64,000 bases of DNA from the NCBI GenBank assembly GCA_030141605.1, contig JAQGDQ010000006.1:992001-1056000 (forward strand). The letters are read 5' to 3'. Position numbers and translations under genes: made by a program. Under the pieces are notes generated by a model that did not search any database, was not told the origin of the DNA, and saw only the letters and a list, made by a program, of their open reading frames with translations. Below, in pieces: positions 1 to 13,816 of the stretch (position 1 is the stretch's first letter; each line of letters starts with the position of its first letter). The DNA is from Tubiluchus corallicola. Taxonomy: Eukaryota > Animalia > Priapulida.

Positions 1-1524
1 GCTATATAGCACCCAAGGTTTTTTATTCTTCGCTTTTCAGGTAAAAACTTATGAGGTTGATAAAGTTTTTAGATATCGGATTACTTTGTTCCATTCACAA
101 TACACAAAGCCTGGAATGTGCAGAAACAGAAAGCCATTAAATGGATCTGGAGATGAAACTTATGGTTGACACCGGGTTGCTGTGGCAGCACACTTTAAGC
201 GTTTTAAGAGTAGAACAATATTCGGTCTGGCACCTTAACTACAACCCACCTACTTTCGAAAATTTGCTAAGTACAGAAACCAGACAGGAATCAACACTGT
301 TGGAATTCCTTATCTATGTTGTAAACCAGACTATAATGGTACATAGGCTTTTACATGATACACATTGATCGGCGTTGCATAAACGAGCAATTAAGCAATT
401 TAACCTGAAACACCTAATAAAAAATATTACTTTTTGAGAATGCAAATTTTGGCGGCCAGGAAGTTTTCAACATTTAGGGCGCGGAATATCCTGAGTCGTT
501 CTACAATTTCTCCGGTTCGTGGAATAGTGTCGAATTTTCGGTAGAAGATATTCGCAAACGTTTTTTGAAAGATTTTAATAATGTAAAGATCCTGTTTGTC
601 TGCATCACGGTAATGGTAAACATCGGTCATGACGCATTGTTTAAAAGGCAAAATGTGTTCCTAGAATAGCATCAATTATTTAAAAACTTAGTCAAAGCAA
701 TTAACCTAATGAAAGTTACGTAACAGCATATAGTTCCTGATTATCTGATACTCAAGATCGAGTACACCACCATTTCTGAAATACGCCCAAAGGAATGCAG
801 TGAATGATCCTTCTAAGGTTTATATTAAATCTGTTATAGCTATATAGCATCCAAGGTTTTTTATTCTTCGCTTTTCAGGTAAAAACTTATGAGGTTGATA
901 AAGTTTTTAGATATCGGATTACTTTGTTCCATTCACAATACACAAAGCCTGGAATGTGCAGAAACAGAAAGTCATTAAATGGATCTGGAGATGAAACTTA
1001 TGGTTGACACCGGGTTGCTGTGGCAGCACACTTTAAGCGTTTTAAGAGTGGAACAATATTCGGTCTGGCACCTTAACTACAACCCACCTACTTTCGAAAA
1101 TTTGCTAAGTACAGAAACCAGACAGGAATCAACACTGTTGGAATTCCTTATCTATGTTGTAAACCAGACTATAATGGTACATAGGCTTTTACATGATACA
1201 CATTGATCGGCGTTGCATAAACGAGCAATTAAGCAATTTAACCTGAAACACCTAATAAAAAATATTACTTTTTGAGAATGCAAATTTTGGCGGCCAGGAA
1301 GTTTTCAACATTTAGGGCACGGAATATCCTGAGTCGTTCTACAATTTCTCCGGTTCGTGGAATAGACAACCGTGTCGAATTTTCGGTAGCAGATATTCGC
1401 AAACGTTTTTTGAAAGATTTTAATAATGTAAAGATCCTGTTTGTCTGCATCACGGTAATGGTAAACATCGGTCATGACGCATTGTTTAAAAGGCAAAATG
1501 TGTTCTTAGAATAGCATCAATTAT
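1..1524. repeat. Near-identical direct duplication, period 838 bp (1-679 vs 839-1524)
   Basis: gctatatagca(c/t)ccaagg starts at both 1 and 839. The copies run in register until gcatcaattat (679/1524). By eye about 6 substitutions plus a 7-nt indel (acaaccg near 1367). Explains the duplicated ORFs 141-368/979-1206. Confidence 0.95.
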
Positions 1525-3539
1525 AATGTTGGCACTCTGTAAGTGATATTTTATTTAATAGCCTACCCGTACTGGATAATGTTGTAGTGGTCCATCCTTA
1601 TCGTCTGAATCTGTCGGTGTAGTAATGGTGACAACTGCTGGAATAAAACTCTACTAGAAAAATTTACACGAGAACACAAATTTTATTTCTTTTAGAACCG
1701 TTTTACAAATGAGACCTTTATTAACGCCGTACTAGAAAACTTGAATGAATAATGGGATTGCTGAACGAGCGTGGGACAAACACGAACGTCTTGTTTTTTG
1801 ATCGGTTCCTCAACCTATCAATCAGACTACCAGTGTGTGGTACAATAGGTTTTAAAAAGCTAAAACAAGTTTTAAAAAACTAAAAAATAAAGACTACTAC
1901 ATGACTGAATTGTTATTTGCTCATTTACCTAACGGAAAGTAGGTACTAATAACTTGTTTTTTAGATTTTTAGTCAATCATAATTCACTGGATGTCTGTGG
2001 TAGTTGATTATTGTGGACTGCGTGCCTAGCTGACCCTAGGTGACGATTTTCAGAAATTCATGTTATAAAAATGAGAGTATAATTGACTGATCACCATATC
2101 GTCCCCATACCGTTCCACATAGGGGGTTTCAATCTCGTATTTATGGATTTCAGGATGGGAAGCAAGTGGTCATATCTGAGATTATATTATAGACTACCTA
2201 TAGGCCTAGACGCGCCTTGCAGTTTATTTTAAAATTTAGTAAAGAATGCCGTTCGTGAGAAAATCAATCCTTTTTCTCTCTTTACAGAAGTTACTTTTTC
2301 CTTGATCAATTCGATACGCTTTGCTTTGGGGAATAAATATAGTGGAGACAAGTGGCATCAATATTCTCAAGTACTGAATGAAAATAATCCTTCTTCATCC
2401 TTTTTCGCTCCCTATGCGTAGACTTAATCCTGCATAACAAATATTGATTTTTACTAGAACTGCCGGACTCTTTAAATAAAAGCGCGATTCCATTTTGTTT
2501 CACATGGAATAATTGCTAACATGTGCCCTTAAGAACGTCATTCACGTTTTTGCTAAAAGCTTTATTCCGCGTCAGATGCAACGACTAATTTAAGCAAAAT
2601 AAAAATATAAGAGCTAGGAATCCAAAGTGTTGAAGTTAAAGGCTGATTTTCTCTTTTGTAGTTTTGAGAAGTGTAATGCATGTTGGCATTTACCATGCAA
2701 TGCTGAAGCAGTTCAAGAAGTTGCCAGATGGAGAGGCGGAAGTAAGGAAAAGAGACGACAGAGGGGGAAATGTTAGTATGACTAAATGGTCATTTAGTGA
2801 CGACTTTGGTAAAATTAGGAAAAAATGGGTTTCTGTTATTAATGGTAATTATCAAAATAAACAATCATTATGTGATTCCTAAATTAATCACAGAGGTACA
2901 GAAGTTGGCAATTGTATAGGCCCAAATGTATCTACTTTGAGCAGTGACCATCCATGATGCGTCAGTAACCAAAATCAGCATTATAGTGAAAGAATAAAGA
3001 GACAATTTTTTTGTCAATTTCTAATCAAACGTTTTCGGGTCAACCTAGGACTTGGTGAACAGATATCCACTGAAAATCATTGCCCAGATTTGTCTGAGAT
3101 CCTGAAATAGAGAGATTTTGCTCTAACCCGTGCATGAACAAATGTTCTTCCCTTTCTTGTTGGTTCAGTGGAAATCGCTAGAACGCCTTAATAACGGTGC
3201 CCCGGATTGCGCAGCATTTTTTCCTAAAAGCAAGCTACACAACCATTCTTATCAATTTGTCTATGCTGAACTGGAAAAAGCTATTACCAGTTTAGCGGAA
3301 AAGGGTCAAAAAGGCAAAAAAACAAAATGGCAGCAAATATTGTGCATTCTATATAACTCAAAAGAAATTTCCAGAAAATTAATATTAGTATGCGATTATT
3401 ACGCCTATCCCAAGGCAGATGGACCTAAATAATCCATTTCTGTTTTCCCATTTTCAGTATTCCCGTTCGTTTTTCAAAAATGGCTGCCATTTTCCAAATG
3501 ACGGCCACACAAAAGAAAATTATGCAGATGATGCAATTA

Positions 3540-5550
3540 TATTAACTGTTTCAGCTAAATATTTATTGTAAAAGCAAAAGGCAGATTATTTTTATTAATT
3601 CGACACTGCTTGCTGAATCTAAAAAGTTGTGACTAGACCCTTGAAAGAATGCAAAGGGACTTAAATAGTACAATAAGCAAAAAAAAACAAAATGTCTGTT
3701 GGGTTCCCGAATTGTATAGTCTAGCAGAATGGTGAAAAACTTGCTTATTAGCCTGAAAGTTATGAAACTTGCACAATGCTAGGGCCCATCAAGGCGATTA
3801 ATTTTGGATATGAGGCCAGCCGAATGTCAGCCAATGTGCCCTCCATATTGAAGACGACCGATAAGATGGCTGCTGCTGGTTTTTAAAAGCAGTATTAGAG
3901 CAGATAAGATTACGATTATTGTGTCATCCGTACCTGATGCTTAAAGCAGCTACGGCTCAAAATTGCTGCAACCACTTGTATAATATATTAGCTATATTGT
4001 ATGTTACTTGATTTTAATATCTATATTTAGGCTTAAGGTTTATTGGTCAGAGGTATTCAATATAGCCGAAAAGATGGCTGCAGCTATCTTACAAAGGTTA
4101 TATTTTAGGCCCTTTTTCAAGCTGTAAAATGCCAAGGTCCTTGAAAAAGTATCGGGCCTGTTAGTGTTCCATGCCAATGCCTGTTGCAATTAAACTTCAG
4201 CATTTACCGAGAGATGGAAAATGATGCTATACCAGTAGAACATGTGGGCAAGTGACTGAGGCATTAACAGAAGCATTTGTACTTCTAAGAAGCACTAGCT
4301 GACCTGAGCTGATCAGCTGACTGTGCTTGAGCTTTTTCTTGTACTCCTATATGACAAAGCTGGCACACTGATGTAAGCTGACAAAGCATGTAAAGACTTG
4401 TTCACAAGAAACGGCAGGTCAGTGGAGGCAATTCGTCCAACATCTGATATGTACTGTTAGAGCACACCATACATGTGGTATATCAGGCAAGATACTGCTA
4501 GGCCCGGTATTGATCACCGCCCCAGTTTTACCATCACCATTTGCATTAAGACCTGAAGCATGTCAGCAACTTATTAATTGTTACAACCAGGCCAGGCAGC
4601 CAGCAAAAGAAGGCTAGTATATTCGAGGCAGTTTTGTGCAATACAGTGTTTATTTTAGATTGTTTTAGAGGCAATGTTACCTATGTTATCTATATAACAG
4701 AATCTATAAATTCTAACTTGAACTGTTCGTTTCTTCCTGCAGGCTTCCTTATCATATCTTAGATTGAATGCGTAATGTGTATACATGATATGGTTGATGT
4801 TGTTACATGTCAAAATAAATAATTATAATAATATCCTAAAATCCTTAATTTTTAAAACCTATATTTAGGTATTACAATCATCGTCTTATTCCCAGTAAAA
4901 CATGCAATATAACTTACATATTATACAAGTGGCTGCAGCCACTATTTTGAAATCCTAAATAGATAATGTCATGGGTGTTTTTAAGCAGCAGATGTAGATT
5001 TCTTGACCTTGAAAAACTACATTTACACATCAAAACATCAACTCTAACAGCTAAGATGTGGCTTTATATGCCAACAAATATAGGTATCTTGTCAGCCATC
5101 TTAAAAATGGCGACCATACCGGATATTACACTAAATCATCTTCCTACCTACCTTAGAACATGCAATATAGTTAATATATTACACAAGCGGCTGCAGCCAT
5201 ATTGGCACCCATCTTAAAATTCTAAACAAGCAGGTTTCATAGTTATCTTGCAACAGCTATCTTGTTGGTGTCGGTCATCTTGAAAATGACGGCCTTATTG
5301 GAGAATTGATGATAAACCAGCTTGATGGGCTCTATCATTGTGCAAAGTTGTATAACTTAGGCAAAATGAACAATTTTTGTCAATTTCGCTGGACTGTATG
5401 TCGGGACCCGACAATCTTTTTTTTGCTTGTTGGACCAATTTGGTCTTTTTTGCATTCGTTATGGGGCTAGAGTCAACAAGATCGAATTGATAACGAAGAT
5501 AATTTCCTTTACTTTTTACAATAAATTTTTAGGGGAAGCAGCTAATATTG
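3540..5550 (+). mobile_element. Decayed DNA transposon with ~300-bp imperfect inverted repeats, Academ (XPG/PIN-type)-like
   Basis: 3540-3880 is the diverged reverse complement of ~5250-5550 (e.g. gggttcccga..tagtctagc..acttgcacaatgctagggcccatcaag vs cttgatgggctctatcattgtgcaaagt..gctggactg..tcgggacccga). Internal transposase-like remnant at 4130-4600. Superfamily assignment is from recalled motifs. Confidence 0.65.
4130..4600 (+). pseudogene. Degenerate transposase C-terminal fragment (XPG/PIN-like region)
   Basis: Broken frames read ..GLLVFHA..C..TSAF..RWK.., then VLELFLVLLYDKAGTLM*ADKACKDLFTRNGRSVEAIRPTSD..LLEHTIHVVYQARYC..PVLPSP. This matches the recalled pattern ALP.FHA.TGCD..SAF.G.GK..LERFVVLLYD..ARK.LF.K.GR..E.IPPT..AL.QH..RA.YQA..W..P.LPSP. 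Multiple stops and frameshifts. Confidence 0.7.
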
Positions 5551-7500
5551 TTATAACGCAATCTGCAATACGAGGTAAAAAGTTGCTCCTGGTAAATTGC
5601 AAACGCTTTTGGAGATGTATTTCCAAAACCAATCAGCACACTACAGAATCCCTTCTAAATCCAACAGTTACAACTGTTTGTATCTAACGTCTAATTGCTC
5701 GGCGGAAGTCAGTAACAGTCAATGACAGACTACTGGGAAAGTTTCTTCATCAAAGTGTTGATTAAAAGGGAAATTGCCTCTGTCATTAAATGCTGTGCCT
5801 GTTTAAATCCGCGCACAAGCAATTCCAATACTGCTGGCCTATAAATAGGAGCATTAATTTTACCTCACAGCATAGGGCTGCCATAATAGCCAGCTCGCGA
5901 GGTTTCACACGTCGCAAAGCATTAATGCAGTGGTTTCACTCATTGCTTGCACTTAATTCGTAGTGTTCAGTGATTTTGTTTACTTTGACAGTACACTAAA
6001 CAAAACGATTTTATTAAAATTGTTTTGAAGCTCGTTTTTGCCAAACACTTTATACAACAAAAATGAGAGCTGAGGAAGTAGTCTAACTTCCAACTTGCAG
6101 AGAAAAGGGAAGAAAAACAGAGAGTAGGAGAGAAGAACAAAAATAAATTTATCATAGGGAAGACAAAAGTGGTGTCATGTTTCTAATTTAACTGAAGCCT
6201 CGTAAAAGAGGTCGAGGTGTAACTGAAAGGCAAGAAGACAGCTAGTGAGTAAATGCAGCACCCGCAAGGTTCCACGCATACTTGACGACTTGACATTAAC
6301 GTGCTGCCTCAAATTACTCTTTGTTAGTACAATAGGGGCTTCTAAATTGAAGGTGATCCAACCTCTAATCAATACGCTGCGAGAAGAGTTGTTTTTACTG
6401 AGCGAGTAATGGATTCAGGTGTTATACTTGGAGTGAGAATGTTAGTCAGGAAGCCAGGCTACTAGGAGTGGCTTCCTTACAATTGTAAATCCGACCTCTA
6501 ACGTGCCTCTTAATAATGTTTGCGTTGGAAACACTCTCACAACAAATGGCAATTTTGATTCTGTGATTCTCTTGAACTATTAATCTTGAAAGCGTATATC
6601 GAACTATTCGTTTAGTGTTAGCCTTACTAGATTAGTGCACTCGTTTAATATTAGGAGTTTATAAAAACCAGTGATGGAATAACAATAAATAGTTAGTTAA
6701 TTTTTCGGTAAATTCGTATTCCAATATGCAAATATCTTCAGTTTTTTGTGTCTTGAAAAAGCTCTTGCAAAAGCGATAGTTTCTGAAAGAAAAATTCTTT
6801 GATGTTCAAATTTATTTGACAGAATTTTTGCTTAAAACTCGCAAACTTTAGCTCCGCAAGTCCCCGCTGCTGTAAAGTTGTTATGCATGTTCCATTGAGA
6901 CTTCTCGTTATGATGAGCACGTGATCAATGTCTTTCTTGCTTTAAATTTACGGCAGAATTTAGAACATGATTTATTTTCCTTGCTAATTTTACAACCATT
7001 ATTAATTTTACAAGCAGACGTAAAGCATACTATTATTCTTATGGCAATGCATCATCGTGCTTTGTAATCAGTTAGTTAGTAATCTGTTGATATTAAACTC
7101 AAAGGTTGAACTTGTTTAGCACTACACAATGGCAACAGTTTTTCGAAAATGGCCACCGACGAGTTGATGTAAAAACTGGAAAAATACCTACTGCAAGGAT
7201 AAAAAATACTGTAACGGTGAGGAAAACTTCGGCGAGCGCATCCAGTAAAAAAAGTACAAGGGGAACCTTTCAGTGACGTGACTCTAAAGCTAAAGCTAAA
7301 GTGACTAATAGTATTGAATACACGTAGCTCAGCCCATCAGTTAAGCCTGCAGAAAATGCGATTTCCTTGATATTACAGCCGCCAATTGATAATGCTGATG
7401 ATGGTGACGTCGCCAAATACAAAGACGAAACAACGACGACGGCGAACTAGTTGGTATGAATTTGGTTTTTTCGTTGTACACCCGACTTTAAATAAAAATT

Positions 7501-7620
7501 ATGTATGTATGTACGTGTATGCGTGTGCGTGTGCGTGTGCGTGTGTGTGTGTGTGTGTGGTGTGCGTGTGCGTGTGCGTGTGCGTGTGCGTGTACGCGTG
7601 TATGCGTGTATGTATATATG
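7501..7620. repeat. Compound (GTAT)/(GCGTGT)/(GT) microsatellite
   Basis: Direct reading of the sequence. Confidence 0.95.
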
Positions 7621-7951
7621 TTTGTACGAATTCCTCCTAAATCCTCCCTACCCACAGATCTTTATAGGCAAAGAAACTATTAATTTATTTAAACAAAATG
7701 CCAAAAAACCTTTTTCACCAATTATTTTGGCTCACCTCAAAACGTGATCAAAATTTGTCAATCAGACATATATCATTATGTTTTTTTGTTTTTGTGAAGT
7801 TCCATTTTTTATGCTTATATGCAAACCGGTTGCCACAGGACCATATTGTGAACGAGCATGTTTGAGAGTTCAATGTGTCCATCCAGTATAAATAATCTTT
7901 AATAAGTAGATAGAGAGATACATTTAAATAAATAAGTAAATAAATAGATAA

Positions 7952-8044
7952 GATGATGATGATGACGATGATTATGGCGATGACGATGATGCAATACTGA
8001 TGGTAAGACTAATTTATTCATTATTACTAAACTGATAATGATGG

Positions 8045-8102
<58 letters not shown>

Positions 8103-8217
8103 GATGATAATGATAATGATGATGATGATGACGATGATGATTGTGACGATGATTGTGATGATGTTTGCGTATTAGCAAGACTTCTCTGTCATTATTATTA
8201 CTGTTGTTGTTGTTATT
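7952..8217. repeat. (GAT)n microsatellite with flanking (GAC)/(ATT)/(GTT) runs
   Basis: Long gatgatgat run at 8034-8163; source of the spurious poly-His ORF. Confidence 0.95.
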
Positions 8218-11200
8218 GATGGTCTGCTTAATCTTCATAAGCACTATGCTCCTACTTTCTCTGGAATGAGCTGCACTACCTACATTACATTAAAAAAATT
8301 TTATTATCGATTTTTGTAACAAAAAACAATAGCCAAACCAATATCATCGACATACATTGAAACAATGAGCCTGCAAAATATTTATAAAATAATACAATGA
8401 CATATTAAAATACGTGAGCAAAGGACAGAAGTAAATCATTACAGTGGACAGCATTCAGCACTCTGGGGTGAAAACTACTTTAATTGTAATGTACCGTTCG
8501 ACATGATATAGGTCTACATGATCTACAGAAAATTTGACAATGGCTTGCAAAAAGATGCGAACTCTCTGCGCCATTAATTACAGAGCCTAGCTTCATTCAT
8601 TTAACTCATTCGTCATTTTCTTTCACTTGTCATGTTAATGAGACGAGCGCTTCTTCCTGAATTGAAATGGCATCTACTGTATCTTCACGATGTCAGGAGG
8701 ATTTAGCCTCTAGGCCAGTTAAAGCAAATGAGCAAATTGTTTCAGAAGGCTAGCAAAGTAAACTCTATTATGAGATATCCAGCACAAGCAATGAATGTGG
8801 TGTGCGTGCACAAATCGTGTCAAGCATGCACAGGCACTGTACCGTGAGTGTACAAGTAATGAGCCCTGTGTGCACAAGTATTATGCAAGCGTCATGAATA
8901 AAGTTTACAGCAGAAACGTAGGTCTGTTATGTTTTAACCAACAGTTTACTGATAGCTACTGATTTGCTGGCCAGTTAAGCCAACTGGCACTCTAGAGAAT
9001 ACTCAGCGTTTAAAGGGGCCGCGATGATACAATGCAACTAAGACTGCGCAGAACTTGTACAGTCAAGAAGTACTTCGGTCTCTTCTACATAACCTAGTAA
9101 TTTGGTATTTATTTTTTTGCGCGATTTTTTACTAAACTGTAAATATTCATGTTTAACTTACATTGACTATTATAGAAAAGAACGGAGTTCGCATTTGTGT
9201 ATTTTTGTTTTTCACCTGGAACTAATAGGCAATGTGCTTAAAAGCCGTGTCTTTTCAGTTTATTCATTTTTTTAGATTTTTTTTTAAAAATTTCCCTTTA
9301 AGAGTATTTTTAATGTTAGCTTTTCAATTCATCAAATCGCGGAATAATGTCTCAGCAGCACGTGTAACTGATTCCGTCTGATTCCATCTGATTTGCACCT
9401 CTGAATTTTAGGTTCATAGGTATTATACACTGCTAATAGTTTGCACACAAAATCTTCGAAATTGTTTGTACTTATGGCTCAATAATAATTATTATTCTTC
9501 GGTTGATGATCCTTCCTTGTTTTCGCTGCGCTTTTGTTTCAGAATCAATAAACTGGTAAATTGTAACAACACATACGTGCCCGGCAGCTGTGTTGTTAAG
9601 CTAATGCAATCACGAAGCTTACTGGTTACTGAAGCTCCCAAACTTGTTCCTACAATCAGTGCAGTTACTGACTTCATTTCACGTTTGCTACAACACAAAT
9701 TGACCAAATTCATTAATTACGGGAGAGTATTGCAGGAAGGTAGGGATTAACTTATTGTGACAGATATGATTAGCATGTTTTCCGATCTGAGTATAGCTAC
9801 AAAGTCCTGAAAAAAGCTGAGTTATCGCTGAGAAAAAACAGAAACAAGCTGCTCTAGTTAACAAACATAAATTTTATTCATCTAATATACGTGCAATGTG
9901 TAAACTATCTTATACGTTCATGGAACATTGCTGATGGAACTCACAAGCCCCTTGAGTAGTTCTTCGCTTTTACGTGAATTGTCTTCCGATCCATGTTCCA
10001 GTAAATTTATGTGACACAGAGGGCTTTTTCGAACGCTGCTGGCTATAGTAATTAAAAATTAGAGGACACTTATTAGTTACATCCGACGTATTGCCAGAAA
10101 TACTGACCTGTCACAATTTATTGCGAACAGTACTGAAGAACACATTAGATTTTTGTTAACGCAACTAAATTAACGTACACCAAGGAGAAGCCGTTGCGCT
10201 TGTAAAATGCATGCTTTAATTACTCGACTGTACAAATGAGTGGTTATAAGTCGTTTAATAAACTCGTCCGCGAGTTTAGCAGAATATTTATCAAGAATCG
10301 TGCAAAACAGTAAGTTGATATATTAATTACAAACTCATTTTAATTAGAATCGTAATGAAAGAAAACAAAAAGCATCTTTGGTTGTTAAACTTTTTTCTGG
10401 AATTAACCAGGAGATGATTAATTACAAACATTTGATTAATGTTCAACGTTTAGCCGAGGTACGGTTTCGGCAGACGAAGAATTATTAGTTTTAGGTTTGA
10501 AATATATAAGTGAGAAGTTTCCGCTACACTGCATTCTGAGTACATATTATTAATGACATCTAAACAGTAAAATAGATACAATGGTTTACCAAATCATAAA
10601 TGGAGAATCAAGATGGAAGCAATTACGAACGTTGCACAATCATTTGGTTTCCCCGGTAATGGGCTATACTTGATTTCGTTTTCATATGGTCGGCTTCATT
10701 TCCATCAACACGCAACATTCATTACAACATACACTGCGTGGCTGCATTGCGACAAAAGGACTGTTAGAGGAGTGACATGCAGTAATATTGTGAACAATTT
10801 TAACGCGTCCTTAGAGGAACGTCCTTAAAAGTCTTCTGTATTTAATGGTCGTTAGTAAGTAGGCTATAAGTAATGTCATTGAATAAACGTTTAGTTAGAT
10901 AAATACATAACAGACATTTTGCTAAGTGACAAACCTTGGGGAAGAGAAGCGGCCGAAAAAGACGAAGGAACGAGAACAGAATCTACAACCATAATCAGCG
11001 CGATAACGAAGAATTGCTCTTCAGGCCAAATATAGATGCGTTCGGAATTCGTGAAATTATATGTGGAAATAAATCGTTAAAAACTCGCGTTGTTTAAAAA
11101 TCGTTTAAAAAATCTATACCTCGATTTTGCCAATTTGATTTTCTACATTGACAAAACGAATGATTAATACAATTCGTAAATTAGCTGGGGGTCACCAGTT

Positions 11201-13254
11201 TTTAGTGTAAAAAAAGTAACAACGAAATAATTTGATTGCGGTTAACGTACTTTGTAATTTATCTTTCATAGATCTGTTGTACAACATCGTGTATATTATT
11301 TGTCGGGCGATAAACTTATCAAAACGTGTTCGAAACGTTTATATAACAGCAATATGGTTGTTTCCCTTTCGTCGATGTTTCTTTTTTAACGTTGATAATT
11401 TATTTTTAAAATTTTAATATACTGTGCCTTCATTTTGGTCAAATTAAAAAAAAATATTAAAATTTTTATGAAATGGCTATTCATTGCACAAGATCGCGAG
11501 GTTGAAAAACGCAGGTGCCGCCTACAAACAATCAGACATGTTGCCTTTATGCTATCGTCCTATTTTCCTAAAAAGCGTATAAATGATCTCAGTCACCGCC
11601 TGAAAAATTACATTAACGTGTGTCATGTTCCTTTAGTGCTGTGTAATGTGTGTATTACAGTTACCATGGCAAATAAACCACTTTTGATGCTAAAATTACA
11701 TCTAGACACAATTCTGTACTTAATACGATAATGTTATATTTTATACGACATGCACGAACTAAAGTTAATGACAAATTTTGCGTATAAAGAGGAACACGGA
11801 ATTAAATGAAATAATGAAGATGAAATGTAAATGCTTTAATTTAAGGTGGATGACAGGCAGTGATCAGTCAACCATGACACACAGTGGTAGGCACAACCTT
11901 CGTATTGATCATGGCTATATAATTTTACTGTTTACATTTACTCTTGTATAAAATGTATATATTTATTTTGTGCCTAATAAATAATAATAAGCAAATGATC
12001 AGAAAGTGATACTTGAAATGCATCTCACAGACTCAATTAATTAGCAAAATACTATGGATTTTTTGATAAATTGATAAATGATAATGGAAGAGTGCCACAG
12101 AACGCAACCAGGTTTCAACAATTAACAAAATTAAATTTAAGAATGGGATAATTTCAAGTTTGGCTAACAGTCTTCGTATTCAAATATCACTATAAACTAA
12201 AATTGACACCGAGGTGGTAAGATTGCAAAGGCAGGCAGAGGAGTGGTTATGGTGTATGTCTAGTGGGAAAAGTTAAGCAACGCCAATCCTGTCAGTAAAT
12301 TAGATAGATCTTTTATTTGTTTCGCTTATAACTAACTGCGATAATTACAAGAGAATATACAAGGACTAAAAATAACAAAGCCAAATGCGAGGGCAACGTA
12401 CGACCATGGGGTCTTTTACACATTGCCCTCAGTTTAAAGATTAGTGAATTTTCAATGGTTGGGTGATCATGTGAAAAATAGTGCTGTTAACTCTTTAAAT
12501 TGATAAAAGATACAATTTTGCAAATTGATTCGCGATTCCCTGCAAAACTGCTTTTGGGACGCTTCACATGCCGTACTTACCTAGCTGAAAGAGGTTATAC
12601 ACAATCGAACAAGGCGGATACGCCTCTGCTGGTTCAGAACAGAGATCATCTTAGAGCTTTTACTTAAGAATTGTCTCATAGTTCTTAAAAATTTGGCAGA
12701 CAAATGGCAACTCAAAATCGCCACGCACAAGCGCACAATAATACATGTTGGTCATCAGAAGCCAGTATTTTCATGCAGTAGTAGATTAGAAGAAAATGTT
12801 TACTGTTGTGAGTTGTGTGTTACAATTTGTTCTCATTTGGGAAATACTGCAAGGAACGTCCTGCAAAAGTGTATAAAATTATAAACATGCCTTTTCGATG
12901 TTTTAAAACTAAAACTACCCTAGCTTTGATCACAACATATAAGTCGTACGTCCGATCATTGCTTGAATATAACACCCTGTATGCATGAATTGGTGTTATT
13001 GAACGAGTTCAAAGATATTTTACAAGGCGTTTGTGTATTAAATCATCAGTTTATATGTAGCATCATTAATATTTTTCGTGCTACACAAACCGCTTAACAG
13101 CACTAAATTTGAAACCTCTAGAAATTAGATATTAGTGTTTTGAGCTGAAAACGGTGTATCAAATATATAATAATCTCGTCGATTTAAATTTTGATGAATT
13201 TTTATTAATATGTACCGCGGCTAGGCCTTAGAGGCTAAGCGAAAGTTGTATTAA

Positions 13255-13570
13255 ATTTTAAATTATTGCAGGTTGAATAGTGTTATTCTGAAATTTGGAA
13301 CTCTTTGCCACAAGAAATGGTAGCTGTTAACTCTGTAAAAGTATTTGATTCAAAAGTAAAAAAAACAAGTTTAATAATCTATTACAAATTTAGTCACCAC
13401 TAATAATTTTGACGCGCCTGTAAGAACTTCTAGCCTTGGCTGCCTTCTCCATTCAACAATCTGTTAATTTATGTATAATACTGTAATTACGATTTTATAT
13501 TTGTGTAGTTTTTTCTGTAATTGTATTTTTACATTGAAGGAATAAATACGAAATACAAATACAATAATAA
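13255..13570 (+). mobile_element. 5'-truncated LINE 3' end (ORF2 tail, 3' UTR, short-repeat tail)
   Basis: tggaactctttgccacaagaaatggtagctgttaactctgtaaaagtattt = WNSLPQEMVAVNSVKVF, a typical LINE ORF2 C-terminal motif. Followed by an AT-rich UTR, AATAAA near 13541 and an (aaatac)n tail. Confidence 0.65.
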
Positions 13571-13816
13571 TTGTGTGACATGTAACGCAAGCGTTAACAG
13601 TTGCCAGGATCACACGAGCGAAAAAAATTGCTATTATTATTCATTCGTAGAGTGCCTATGACTAAGTTGGCTAACTTTAGGCTTTAGCTAGTATTAACTT
13701 ACATATTTGCAATAAGATGGAGCCACCAACTTAGCGTGGCAGTTTCGTAATAAATTTGGTTAGGTTTTTACTTAACAAATTTTGTGTTTTTACTACAAGT
13801 ACATATTGATATTGCG

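Noticed and set aside
141-1206. Two identical 75-aa ORFs (MDLEMKLMVD...)
   Set aside because: Identity follows from the recent DNA duplication; no recognisable domain or splice context.
7386-8244. Cys/Val-repeat and poly-His ORFs
   Set aside because: Translations of (GT)/(GCGTGT) and (GAT) microsatellites.
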